Shown: positions 20,731 to 31,607 of the stretch, in pieces
Layout of the letters: every line of letters begins with the position of its first letter
Numbering within the stretch: the stretch's first letter is position 1
Assembly (NCBI GenBank): GCA_964291655.2
Contig: OZ219802.1
Location: 64,001-128,000 of the forward strand
Reading direction: 5' to 3'
Source: Chloroflexota bacterium
Lineage (GTDB): Bacteria; Chloroflexota; UBA11872; VXOZ01
Length of the DNA stretch: 64,000 bases
Notes under the pieces: model-generated
Database searches by the model: none
What the model was told of the DNA's origin: nothing
The model's input: the letters and a program-made list of their open reading frames with translations, nothing else
Made by a program: the position numbers and the translations under genes

Positions 20731-22191
20731 GTGAACTTTGATGACTATCAGATTGACGCAGATGTCTACGATGAAATGTTCCTGCCTGACGGCACTCCCC
20801 GTAAACACAGCCGAGACCTTTACGAGATTCTTTGCCAGTTATCTTCCGAAGAGCTGGTTAGCATTCAGGATAGGGTAACACGCTCCTTCTCCAATGAAGG
20901 CATCACTTTCACGGTGTACGGCGACGACGAGGCTGATGAGCGCATAATTCCAATCGACTCTCTGCCCCGCATCCTCTCAAACACTGAGTGGCAGGGAATC
21001 GAAGCCGGTCTCAAGCAGCGAATCAAAGCGCTGAATATCTTCCTAGAGGATGTATACGGAGAGTCTCAAACCAAGAACCTCTATGGTGAGCCGCGCATCG
21101 TTCATGACGGTGTGATTCCCGTGGATATGGTGCGCGGATGCCCGCAATACCGGGTCGAGATGCGCGGGTTTTCGGCCCCCCACGGCACGTGGGTCGCAGT
21201 CTGCGGCACAGACTTGGTGCGCACCAGCGAGGGTTTCTGCGTGCTAGAGGATAACCTGCGCGTTCCCTCCGGTGTATCCTATATGCTGGCCAACCGCGAG
21301 GCGGTAAAGAAGAGCTTCCGCCGCCTGTATCGGCGCTCTCGCGTGCGAGAAATCGAGAACTACGGTCAGGTGCTCCAAACAACCCTACGGGAACTCGCGC
21401 CGGGCGGGCAATCCGACCCCACGATAGTCTTGCTGACTCCGGGTGTATATAATTCCGCCTTCTACGAGCACATCTTCTTGGCTCGCGAAATCGGCGCAGA
21501 GCTCGTGGAGGGCCGCGACCTGCTCGTCAACAACGGCTTTGTTTACATGCGCACTACCGCGGGGCTGCGGCGGGTAGACGTTGTTTACCGGCGTGTGGAC
21601 GACGACTTCCTGGACCCGTTGGTATTTCGCCCGGATTCGCTTCTCGGCGTGCCGGGACTTCTACACGCCTACAAACTTGGGAACGTCGCCCTGGTGAATG
21701 CGCCGGGCACGGGCGTTGCCGACGACAAGAGCATATACGCGTACGTGCCCGACATGATTCGCTACTACCTGGGAGAGGAACCGATCCTTGCCAACGTGGA
21801 GACGTTTCTCTGTCGGCGACGGGAGGACTTGGAATATACGCTTGACAATTTACAAGACCTAGTGGTAAAACGTGTCGGTGAATCCGGTGGCTACGGCATG
21901 CTGATTGGCCCCCACTCTACTCCTGAAGAGCGGGAGGAATTTGCTGAACAGTTGCGCGCGGACCCAGCCGGATTTATCTCACAGCCAGTTCTTGCGCTCT
22001 CGCGGTCGCCATGCTTCATCGAGGGAAACTTCGAGCCACGTCACGTGGACTTGCGTCCGTTTGTGCTGCATGGCCGCGAGACCCGCATTGTTCCCGGGGC
22101 GTTCTGCCGTGTCGCCTTGCGCCGCGGCAGCTTGGTAGTCAATTCTAGTCAAGGAGGAGGAGGCAAGGACTTCTGGGTGGTGGAAGACTGA
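20731..22191 (+). CDS. Circularly permuted type 2 ATP-grasp protein
   Basis: GITFTVY, LEDNLRVPSGVSY, VVYRRVDDDFLDP, GVADDK, SGGYG, VVNSSQGGGGKD. Confidence 0.95.
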   Translation: MNFDDYQIDADVYDEMFLPDGTPRKHSRDLYEILCQLSSEELVSIQDRVTRSFSNEGITFTVYGDDEADERIIPIDSLPRILSNTEWQGIEAGLKQRIKALNIFLEDVYGESQTKNLYGEPRIVHDGVIPVDMVRGCPQYRVEMRGFSAPHGTWVAVCGTDLVRTSEGFCVLEDNLRVPSGVSYMLANREAVKKSFRRLYRRSRVREIENYGQVLQTTLRELAPGGQSDPTIVLLTPGVYNSAFYEHIFLAREIGAELVEGRDLLVNNGFVYMRTTAGLRRVDVVYRRVDDDFLDPLVFRPDSLLGVPGLLHAYKLGNVALVNAPGTGVADDKSIYAYVPDMIRYYLGEEPILANVETFLCRRREDLEYTLDNLQDLVVKRVGESGGYGMLIGPHSTPEEREEFAEQLRADPAGFISQPVLALSRSPCFIEGNFEPRHVDLRPFVLHGRETRIVPGAFCRVALRRGSLVVNSSQGGGGKDFWVVED

Positions 22192-22219
22192 TCATTGTAT
22201 CTCAAAGGAGAGAGGGTAC

Positions 22220-23617
22220 ATGGTATTCACGGACGTACTTGCACGTCATCGCCGTATCGCAGTAATTGCGGCAGTCTTGATCCTGACATTTCTCTATTTC
22301 TTGCTCCGACCGGCAGTTGCCCACGCAGCGACAGATAGCGAAACTACATTCGTCCTCAATACGTTTGCATTCCTAATCTGGGGTGTGTTGGTGATGTGGA
22401 TGGCTGCGGGCTTCACGATGCTTGAGGCCGGCGCGGTACGCACCAAGAACGCCTCCATGATTTGCCTAAAAAACATCGGTCTTTACTCCATCGCCGGGCT
22501 TGCTTACTTCTTCGTCGGCTACAACCTTATGTACGTCGACGTCGACGTCGAGCGGTTTGGGGGACTGGTAGGATCGTTTAGCTTACTCTATGGCCCATCA
22601 TCCGATGAGCTCGCCTTGCTGGATGGCGATCAAAGCGCTGCGGCGGCTGTGATAGAGAGCGGTTACTCGGTCATGTCGGACTGGTTCTTCCAGATGGTTT
22701 TCGTCGCGACCACCGCTTCCATCATTTCCGGCGCCTTGGCCGAGCGGGTTAGAATGTGGTCGTTCTTCCTCTTCATCCTTGTCCTCACAGCATTCATCTA
22801 CCCAGTGGTAGGCGCTTGGACATGGGGCGGCGGCTGGCTGGCTGATATGGGCTTCCAGGATTTTGCCGGCTCAACAATTGTACACAGCACTGGCGGCTGG
22901 GCGGCGCTTGCGGGCGTGATCATTGTCGGCCCCAGGCTTGGCAAGTATCGCAAGGACGGCACCGTTAGACCCACGCCACCTTCCAACGTGCTCCTCGTGA
23001 CGTTGGGCGTATTCATCCTGTGGTTAGGTTGGTTTGGATTTAATGGCGGCTCGCAACTGGCGCTGGGAAGCGCTATAGATGCAGTCGCGATAGGTCACGT
23101 GTTGGTGAATACTAACCTTGCCGCGGCAGGAGGCGTGATGGCCGCCCTGATAATTTCGCGGCCGCTCTTGGGCCGGACTGACCTCTTTGCCGGCTTGAAT
23201 GGCGCGATTGCCGGTCTCGTCTCAATTACGGCTGGACCCGACATTACGCAGCACTATTGGGCCGTCATCATCGGCGCTATCGGCGGCATCATCTGCACCC
23301 TCGCCATATTGTTGCTTGAGAAAGTCAAGCTGGACGATGTTGTCGGGGCAATTCCCGCCCACTTGTTCGCGGGCGTTTGGGGAACTCTGGCGGTTGCCAT
23401 TGCCGCCGGCGCCAATATCGGCGTGCAAGTTATCGGCATTCTTGCCATAGGCGCATTTGTTTTCATAGTCTCGCTGGTCCTCTGGAAAGTACTCGATGTG
23501 GTTCTCAGCTTGCGGGTTTCCGAGCAGGTCGAGCGCCTGGGTCAAGACACGGCAGAACTGGGATTAGAAGCCTATCCCGAGTTTGTACTCATGCCTGAAG
23601 AGCACGATGATGACTAG
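22220..23617 (+). CDS. amtB: Ammonium transporter (Amt family)
   Basis: FFQMVF, ISGALAER, DFAGSTIVH, WFGFNGGS, NGAIAGLVSITA, DDVVGAIPAH; both twin His present. Confidence 0.95.
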   Translation: MVFTDVLARHRRIAVIAAVLILTFLYFLLRPAVAHAATDSETTFVLNTFAFLIWGVLVMWMAAGFTMLEAGAVRTKNASMICLKNIGLYSIAGLAYFFVGYNLMYVDVDVERFGGLVGSFSLLYGPSSDELALLDGDQSAAAAVIESGYSVMSDWFFQMVFVATTASIISGALAERVRMWSFFLFILVLTAFIYPVVGAWTWGGGWLADMGFQDFAGSTIVHSTGGWAALAGVIIVGPRLGKYRKDGTVRPTPPSNVLLVTLGVFILWLGWFGFNGGSQLALGSAIDAVAIGHVLVNTNLAAAGGVMAALIISRPLLGRTDLFAGLNGAIAGLVSITAGPDITQHYWAVIIGAIGGIICTLAILLLEKVKLDDVVGAIPAHLFAGVWGTLAVAIAAGANIGVQVIGILAIGAFVFIVSLVLWKVLDVVLSLRVSEQVERLGQDTAELGLEAYPEFVLMPEEHDDD

Positions 23618-23645
23618 CGTATGCAGGAACTGAGAAACTAAACCA

Positions 23646-24611
23646 ATGCTCTCACGCAGCGCACAGGGCCTCTACTGGATGGGGCGGTATCTTGAGCGGG
23701 CGCAGCACCTCTGCCGCCTTCTGCAACTGCAGACGGCGGCTTTGGTGGACCGCCCCGTCCAGGAAATCTACTTTGGGTGGAGTCGTATTTACATAACTGT
23801 AAATCGGCTGCCGCCCGGCGGCAGCCTGGAATTCACCGATAGCGATGACTTCACGCTGGCAGACTCTTACACGCTGGCGGATGATCTCACCTTCGAGCGT
23901 TCCAATCCCGGCTCCGTCTGGAGTTGCTTTGCCATGGCGCGGGAAAACGCCCGTCAAACGCGCAATTGCGTGAGCGCGGAGATGTGGTCGCACTTGAACT
24001 TGGTCTACCTGCGGCTGCAAGATCGAGACATACAGGACATCTGGACCACATCCCCCGAGAGTTTCTACAGCCGGACCACCAACGAGATTGACACCTTCAT
24101 GGGTGTGGCCGCAGGCACCATGTATCGCGACGAAGGCTGGCACTTTCTGCAGCTTGGTCGCTTCATTGAACGCGCCCAACTCGCAGTCTCGTTGTTTCTG
24201 GCCCAACTCGCTTCTGAAGTCCACTTCGAAGAGTCATCCGAAGCGGACTGGGTTAGCTTGCTACGCGCCTACCATGCTTTGGAAGTCTATAACCGCAGTT
24301 ATAGCGTGGAAATGCAGCCGGGCCAGGTGTTGGATCTGCTTGTCACCGATCCGCTGCTACCTGATTCGTTGTGCCAGTCCCTCGATGTCTTGGGAGCCCA
24401 GCTAGACGCAATTGGCAAGGGTCCAAGTGCCGAATCCAGTGGCGCCACACGTCGGCTTGCCGGTCGCTTAGGATCGTTGATCCATTACGAATGGCCGGAC
24501 CAGGAAGACCGGAAGGAGACCTTGCAGGATTTGGGCGAGTTCTGCCGGGACCTTCACAGCCTCATTGTGCAAACGTATTTCGATTACCAAGTCGACGATT
24601 CCCCTGTCTAA
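23646..24611 (+). CDS. Alpha-E domain protein
   Basis: MLSR...LYWMGRYLERA, ARENARQTR, GWHFLQLGRFIERA (duplicated ER motifs). Confidence 0.93.
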   Translation: MLSRSAQGLYWMGRYLERAQHLCRLLQLQTAALVDRPVQEIYFGWSRIYITVNRLPPGGSLEFTDSDDFTLADSYTLADDLTFERSNPGSVWSCFAMARENARQTRNCVSAEMWSHLNLVYLRLQDRDIQDIWTTSPESFYSRTTNEIDTFMGVAAGTMYRDEGWHFLQLGRFIERAQLAVSLFLAQLASEVHFEESSEADWVSLLRAYHALEVYNRSYSVEMQPGQVLDLLVTDPLLPDSLCQSLDVLGAQLDAIGKGPSAESSGATRRLAGRLGSLIHYEWPDQEDRKETLQDLGEFCRDLHSLIVQTYFDYQVDDSPV

Positions 24612-24618
24612 TGACGCC

Positions 24619-25560
24619 ATGGCCGGATCGAACCGCTTCGAGATCGCGCACACTTCTCATTACCGGTACTCGTCTCCGGCGCGGCACTCGGTGATGTCGC
24701 TCTGCCTGCAGCCGCGCAACAGCGTCAAGCAGCAACTCGTGCACTTCGATCTGACCACAGAGCCTGTTTCCCAATACAGTGTTGGGATTGATCCCTACGG
24801 GAACACGAAACACGTCTTTAGCGTGCATCAATGGCACGAGTCCCTTAAGATTACCGCCCGCGCCACAGTAGATATGGGTCCGGTCGTCCAGCTTCCTACC
24901 TTCTTGGACTCCGGAGCTTGGGACAAGATTCACGCGTGGCGCGACTCTTTCGCGCTCTGGGACTTTACGCACGATAGCCCGCTGGCGCAGTCATCGCCAG
25001 CCCTCACGGCCTTCATCCAGCGGGAGGGCATCAAGCCTGACGATGATCCCCTTCAGGCCCTGGGTTCACTATCTGAACAGTTGAATCGCGCTTTTGACTA
25101 CGTGCCCGGCAGCACGTCGGTTGCCTCACCCATCGAGCACATCTTGGAAACCGGCCGGGGCGTGTGTCAGGACTATGCCCACGTCATGATTGCCGTTGCG
25201 CGATCGTGGGGCGTGCCGTCGCGCTACGTCTCCGGCTACGTCCATGTAACAGGCGAAGGCCGCGAGCACGCGCCTACCCTCGCGCAGATGCAGAGCTCGT
25301 CGCAGACGCAGACTTCGTCAGATTCGCCGCAGACCGCCACCCACGCGTGGGTAGAGTGCCGCTTGCCCGGCCTCGGCTGGGTGGGATTCGATCCCACGAA
25401 TCAGACCCTGGCCGGCAACCATCACGTCTCTATCGCTATAGGACGTGACTATCAGGACGTGCCGCCGTCCAAAGGCGTCCTGCACGGCTTCGTTGAGAGT
25501 GACCTCGAGGTGGACGTCCGCATGCGCCTGCTGCCGCCAGCGCCGGCCGAAACGGTGTGA
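24619..25560 (+). CDS. Transglutaminase-like protein
   Basis: Catalytic triad GVCQDYAH / THAW / FDPTN; SRYVSGY; GRDYQDV. Confidence 0.94.
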   Translation: MAGSNRFEIAHTSHYRYSSPARHSVMSLCLQPRNSVKQQLVHFDLTTEPVSQYSVGIDPYGNTKHVFSVHQWHESLKITARATVDMGPVVQLPTFLDSGAWDKIHAWRDSFALWDFTHDSPLAQSSPALTAFIQREGIKPDDDPLQALGSLSEQLNRAFDYVPGSTSVASPIEHILETGRGVCQDYAHVMIAVARSWGVPSRYVSGYVHVTGEGREHAPTLAQMQSSSQTQTSSDSPQTATHAWVECRLPGLGWVGFDPTNQTLAGNHHVSIAIGRDYQDVPPSKGVLHGFVESDLEVDVRMRLLPPAPAETV

Positions 25561-25766
25561 CCGGCGGCGTCCCGCGCGCAGCAAGTCGCCGGAACCCGCG
25601 CGGTAGCATTCGCCAACCTCTGTTACCATCGAGATGTCGCTGACAGCGCACACGGTATCGCAAGCGTCAGGGCGAATGTAGATTCGTCCAAGTAAGCCGT
25701 TCTGCCGCGGACTACGCAGCAATTCAGTTTAGGGGCTGCTCGCTCATTCCATAGGAGAGTGCAACC

Positions 25767-25955
25767 ATGCGGAAAACACTGAAGAAGATCACCCACATCG
25801 CGCTCTTCTTGGTGGCAATCATTGTCTTTTATCTCGGACTAGGCATCGGCTTGACGGCGAATCCCACGCTCGGCACCGCCCTCTGGGTTGTCGCCATAGC
25901 CATCGCCGTCGCCAACCTGTATTGGATCCTCCGCGGACGGCTACGCCAGCAATAG
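25767..25955 (+). CDS. Small 2-TM membrane protein
   Basis: AGGAG RBS, two hydrophobic helices, basic termini. Confidence 0.7.
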   Translation: MRKTLKKITHIALFLVAIIVFYLGLGIGLTANPTLGTALWVVAIAIAVANLYWILRGRLRQQ

Positions 25956-26067
25956 CGCTGGTGCAATGGCATTGGCCCGAACCGAATGAATGTCCTCAGC
26001 CCTTTTCATGGGTTCGTTTCTGCGGATCGTTGTGCGCAGTGCTCGCTGAGAATGTAAAACTATCGCC

Positions 26068-29000
26068 ATGACCGGTCAACTCTTCACACAGTATTTTCTT
26101 ACCGAAGGCATCACCGCAACTGCCGCATGGGACGAGTCTTGTTCTGACCAGCAGGCCTATGACGCGTTCAAGCGGTCCCTGAGCAATATCCTGAGCAGCA
26201 TAGTCTCCCAGAACAATCCCAACGAATCGGTCACCGAGCAAGAGGTCGTTCGGCCGATTCTGAAGTTGCTCGGTTGGCGCGAATACTTACCGCAACAGGG
26301 CGCTGACAGCAATTTGATCATCCCCGATCACCTGCTGTTTACGGATGGCGAGGCAAAGAGCAGGGCAATGGCGCGGGCCAACTCTACTGATGGTTTCCAA
26401 GACGCCTTGGCGATTGAGGAGAGCAAGCGGTTCGGCCTGCCGCTAGACAACCGCGATCAGACCGACACCAGGCAGATAGGCACTCCCCACGGCCAGATTT
26501 TGCGGTATCTGGCGGAAGCGGAGCCGGTCTCCGACGGACGCTTGCGCTGGGGCATCCTAACCAACGGCGCCGTTTGGCGCCTCTATGATTACCGTTCTCG
26601 TCCCCGCGCTACAGCCTTCTACGAAGCAGATCTGCAAACCATTCTGGGCAGCAAAGACGACCATGCTCTGCGCGCCTTCTACTTGCTCTTCAGGCGGGAT
26701 TCTTTCGTTCCGCAAGCGGGAGCCGCTACGACTTTTCTCGAGCACGCCATCGCGGAAGGCAAGCGTTACGAGCAACAGGTGGCCGCGGACCTTTCCGAGG
26801 TAGTGTTCGAGCGCGTCTTTCCTACCTTGGTCAGCGCTCTTGCGGGTGGTTCCACTTTGGATGAGGACGTGAGCGAAGACTTCGCTGGTCCCCGGCACGC
26901 GGCTCTCATCTTTCTCTACCGGCTGCTCTTCATTCTCTACGCCGAGGACCGCGGCCTCCTGCCGGTCCACGACTCCCGTTACGACGACTACGGGCTGCGC
27001 AAGCGCGTGCGCGACGACGTCGCCAAGCGCATGCAGGATGGAGATGCCTTCTCCAGCATGGCAAAGAACTACTACGACCGTTTGGTCACGCTGTTCACGT
27101 TGATTGACGCCGGCGATCCCTCCATCGGCCTCCCGCCCTACAACGGCGGTCTCTTTGCCTCTGATGCTGCGCCGCTGTTGCAGCAGGTCCGCTTGGCGGA
27201 TGCGGTCGTGGCGCCCATAATCTATGACCTGAGCCACACCCGCAGCACGCGCAGGGACGAGACCGGGCGTTCATTCGTCAATTACCGCGACATGTCCGTG
27301 CAGCAGCTTGGCTCGATTTACGAGCGGCTGCTGGAGCAGGAACCGGTGCGCGGGGCTGACGGCGCCATCACCACGCGGCCTAATCCCTACGCCCGCAAGG
27401 ATAGCGGCAGCTTCTACACGCCTCAGGAGCTTGTGGACCTCATCGTTGAGAAGACGGTAGAACCTCTGGTGGAGGAACGCCTCGCGGCATTCGAAGAGAA
27501 GGCCGGTAAGCTCAAGAGCGATCGCCGTTCGAAGGCGGAGCGACGACAGGAATTGGCGGCGCTCGACCCGGCGGAGGCCGTGCTCGACCTGAAAATTCTC
27601 GATCCTGCCATGGGCAGCGGCCACTTCCTGGTCACGGCCGTGGACTTCCTCGCCGACTACATCGCCGACTTGGTCGAATACGTGCCCGGCGTGCCGGACT
27701 GGCTCGCAGGTGTCGGCGATGTTTACGTTTCGCCATTGTTGGCACGCATCGCCCACATCCGGCAAGAGATCTTGGAGCGGGCGCGTGAGTCTCATTGGAC
27801 CATTGACGCGGCCCAGCTCACCGACCAGGCTTATCATCCGGCGCATGGTGCTGAAGCGCTGCATCTACGGCGTGGACAAGAATCCCTTGGCCGTGGAGCT
27901 GGCCAAGGTCTCGCTCTGGCTCCATAGCTTCACCGTCGGCGCGCCGCTCTCGTTCCTGGACCACCACCTGCGTTGCGGCGACTCGCTGCTGGGCATGCGT
28001 GTGACGGAGGCCGTTGACGAACTGAATCGACTGGGCGGCTTGGCCGCATGGTCAGCTATGACAGGCGCGGAGAATGCCGCCGCGGGCATGCAGCGCATCG
28101 AGTCCCTTTCTGATGCCGACGTGGCCGAGGTGCGGGAGTCCGCGGCGCTCTTTCAGGGCGTGGAAGAGACCACCGCCGAACTCCGCGGCCTGCTTGACAT
28201 ACTCTGCGGCATGCGCTGGCTGACGGCGGGCTTGAAGAAAAGCGAGCGCACGCTCTTCGAAGCGCCGCTATTCGAGATGCTCGGTCAGCGGCCCAATGAC
28301 GCTTTCAAACTCCTATCCCACGGGCCGGAAGTCCGTCATACCGGCGGCGGCGCTCCCATCCGTCATTCCGGCGCACCTATCCGTCATTCCGGCGAAAGCC
28401 GGAATCCATCCTCATCCGCGTCTTCCGGTAGCGCAGGTTCGCAACCTGCGTCCGACGAGGGCAGAGAATCGGCGGACGATGCGGGCGGGCATGGTTCCGC
28501 GCTACGCCACCATTCCCGCGCAAGCGCCTCGCTCCGTCATTCCCGCGAAAGCGGGAATCCATCTTCCTCCGAATCCGTGGACTCGCCTGCCAGCGGGAAC
28601 CCATCTTCCCCGCCTAAGATGGACTCCCGTTTTCACGGGAGTGACGACCAAGAGTCTGCCGCGCCATCCTCCGGTAGCGCAGGTTCGCACGAGATGTGCG
28701 CGCAACCTGCGTCCGCCGCCGCATCCTCTGGTAGCGCAGGTTTGCAACCTGCGTCCGAAGAGGGCAAGGACCCGGCAACCGACACAATTGGAGAAACCCT
28801 CACCCAAGAATTCGCAACCCTCTGGCATCGCGCCAAGACCATCGCCGACCGGGAGACCTTCCTGCACTGGGAGGTGGCGTTTCCGGGGGTGTGGCAAAAG
28901 TGGCAAGACGCGCATCCGGCCGGCGGTTTCGACGCCGTGATCGGCAATCCGCCCTGGGACCAGATCGAGCAACTTGAGAAGGAGTGGTTTGAATATCGAG

Positions 29001-30577
29001 ATGTCGAGATAAGGCAGGCAAGAACTGGATCGCAAAGGAAGGCATTAATTCACAGGAAAAGAACGGAAGGCGACAGTATAGCCATCCAGTACAACCTAGT
29101 CCGAGAGCATGCAAAGTCCATGCGACAGTTTGTACGTTCGTCTGGCAATTATCCCCTACTAAGTGGAGGTCGCATTAATTTCTATTCGCTCTTCGTGGAG
29201 CGCGCCCTGCACCTCGTGAATGCTAACGGCCTGGTTGGCCTGCTCACCCCCTCCGGCATCTATGCCGACAAGACCGCGGCCAAGTTCTTCAAGTCCGTTT
29301 CCACCCGTGGGCACGTGGCCGGGCTGTACGACTTTGAGAACAGAAAGATTTTCTTCAAGGAAGTGCACGCCTCGTTCAAATTCTGTGCCCTCATCGTTGG
29401 CGGCAAGGCACGGCAGTTCGACGAGACCGCGTGCGCATTCTTCCTCCACGACACCAAGACTACAGAGGACCCCGACCGCTGTTTCCCACTCGCGCCTGAT
29501 GACTTCGCCCGCGTCAATCCCAACACCGGCACCGCCCCGGTCTTCCGCACCCGCCGCGACGCCGACATCACCCGCGCCGTCTACGCCCGCCACCCCGTGC
29601 TCGTTGACCACTCCGACGGCACCGAGCAGAAGACTTGGCCGGTGCGATATATGCAGGGGCTTTTCAACATGACCTCAGACTCCCACCTATTCCGTACCGC
29701 CGCGCAACTAGACGAAGAAGGCTTCTACCCCGTCCAAGGCAACCGCTGGAAGAAGGGGGATGCGGACTACTCGCCGCTCTATCAAGGTCGAATGATTCAA
29801 AAATATGACCACCGCTTTAATTCTGTTCGATTCAATCCAGAGAGCACAATCAATCCCTACCTAAGCGAGGAAGTTACAGAGCTTCAGCATGTTGATCCAG
29901 AATTCCTGCCTAGAACCCAGTATTGGGTACCGGAGCAGGAAGTAAGGGCCAAATTGCCCGGCAAGTCTGGATGGACGATCGCCTATCGTCGTTCTTCCCG
30001 ATCCACTGACGTCAATACAATGATCGCAACAGTCTTACCCTCTATCGGAGTCGGAGATAGCGTATTCCTTCTGAATCCTGAGAGTGGACTGACTGCGGCT
30101 GACGGATGTATTCTTGTCGCCAATCTCAACAGCTTTGTGCTCGACTATGTTACCCGCCAGAAGATTCAGGGCACAAATCTCAGTTGGTTTATTGTCGAGC
30201 AACTCCCCGTGATCGCCCCCGCCGGCTACGACCGCAAATTCGGGGATACCACCGCCCGCGCTCTCGTCCGCGACCACGTGTTGAAACTCACCTACACCGC
30301 CCACGACCTGGCGCCGTTCGCCCGTGACCTCGGCTACAGCGGTCCGCCCTTCATCTGGAACGAAGAAGAGCGCCGCCACCTCCGCGCCCGCCTCGACGCC
30401 TGCTACTTCCACCTCTACGGCATCTCCCGCGACGACGCCGCCTACATCCTCAGCACCTTCCCCATCGTCCAACGCCAAGACCAAGCCGCGTTCGGTACCT
30501 ACCGCACCCAAAACCTCATCCTCGCCTACATGAGCGCCCTCCAAGCCGGCGATACAACAATCATCGTTGATCTCTAG
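26068..30577 (+). pseudogene. Type IIG/Eco57I-like fused restriction-modification enzyme, split by a 1-nt frameshift near 27831 (or a sequencing error)
   Basis: N-terminal PD..(E)xK (PDHLLF..EESKR), GILTNG, GSFYTP, motif I DPAMGSGHF, motif IV NPPW; removing one T at 27831-27832 restores LTDQAIIRRMVLKRCIYGVDKNPLAVELAK. Confidence 0.88.
28332..28768. repeat. Cluster of REP-like palindromes inside the R-M coding frame
   Basis: CGTCATTCCGGCGAAAGCCGGAATCCA (28382), CGTCATTCCCGCGAAAGCGGGAATCCA (28535), inverted variant ATGGACTCCCGTTTTCACGGGAGTGACG (28619); GGTAGCGCAGGTT(C/T)GCAACCTGCG at 28427, 28673 (interrupted) and 28730. Confidence 0.9.
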
Positions 30578-30728
30578 GTTCTGTGAAAATTTGCAGTATA
30601 CTGTATATATGTCAACGGTGACCCTATCTTCCAAACAATAGTCGCACATCTACGCGTTTCTTTGCAGCCAGCCGGATGTGTTCAAAAGTGGAACTTCGTG
30701 ACCAAGTAGACGATGGGATCTGTTCTGT

Positions 30729-31607
30729 GTGCGCTCAAAATCAGGCATTACAATGTCGCTAAACAAGAAAGACGTATGGGCGGACCTAAGGTATGCCCTC
30801 GATGAACTGGAAAGACCGTCGCGCGATATTCATAGCCGCTTGACTGATGCAGCAAACTTAGATGCACAATCTGACGATGAATTTCACAAGAGACTCCTTC
30901 AGATTGGACTACTCTCCACAGCATACTTTAAGGCTAGAGCAAGGGCGGAGACGAGGAATGCTCACGAAGCAATCGAGAAGGGCCTAAAGGCGATTCTGAT
31001 AGACGGCGGCCTGTCACAGGAACACGTTCGTTCTCGCGGGCACGAACTACACCGACTGCTAGCGGACATTCAACAACACAACCCAACGGCATTCAATGAA
31101 CTAGAGCGATGTTTTGAAAGCACCATCCAGTATCTGGAGAGCGTCACAACCCTCCAGCACAACACAAACATTGTTGACTATTTCCAAGAATTTGGTAAAG
31201 CCGAAATCTTTGTAGCAAATAGGTACACGAGTATCGAGGGTAATAGCGACAAGTACGGAATGATTGGCTGTGTCTATCGTGAGATTATACGTGCTCTATT
31301 GTCGCTTATATTTGGCTGGACCCCCAAAGACATAGGCTCCCGCATCGAGGAAGAGGCAAGGAAGGCAATACTGTCCGAGAGCAAACTTGATCCGGCGTGG
31401 GACGCAACGGAATGGTTAAAGCAGGGACCTGTTCGGCCACGACTAGAAGTCATCGCAAACCTAGACAATAATAGAGTGCTTCTTGCTGCGGTGCGAAGGT
31501 GTGCAAGAGAGCCTAAGGATAGCGCGATTCAGCTTTGGGCTCAGACGCTAAGGCACAATCGCATCATTGAAAAAAGAAAGGCGCGAGCTGAGCACCCGGT
31601 TGGGTAG
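30729..31607 (+). CDS. HEPN-like domain protein
   Basis: HEAIEKGLKAIL...GHELHRLL...NRY resembles the HEPN signature; visibly AT-richer DNA. Confidence 0.6.
   Translation: MRSKSGITMSLNKKDVWADLRYALDELERPSRDIHSRLTDAANLDAQSDDEFHKRLLQIGLLSTAYFKARARAETRNAHEAIEKGLKAILIDGGLSQEHVRSRGHELHRLLADIQQHNPTAFNELERCFESTIQYLESVTTLQHNTNIVDYFQEFGKAEIFVANRYTSIEGNSDKYGMIGCVYREIIRALLSLIFGWTPKDIGSRIEEEARKAILSESKLDPAWDATEWLKQGPVRPRLEVIANLDNNRVLLAAVRRCAREPKDSAIQLWAQTLRHNRIIEKRKARAEHPVG

Noticed and set aside
27820-27845. Programmed ribosomal frameshift or phase-variable tract
   Set aside because: There is no slippery heptamer or homopolymer run at the shift site
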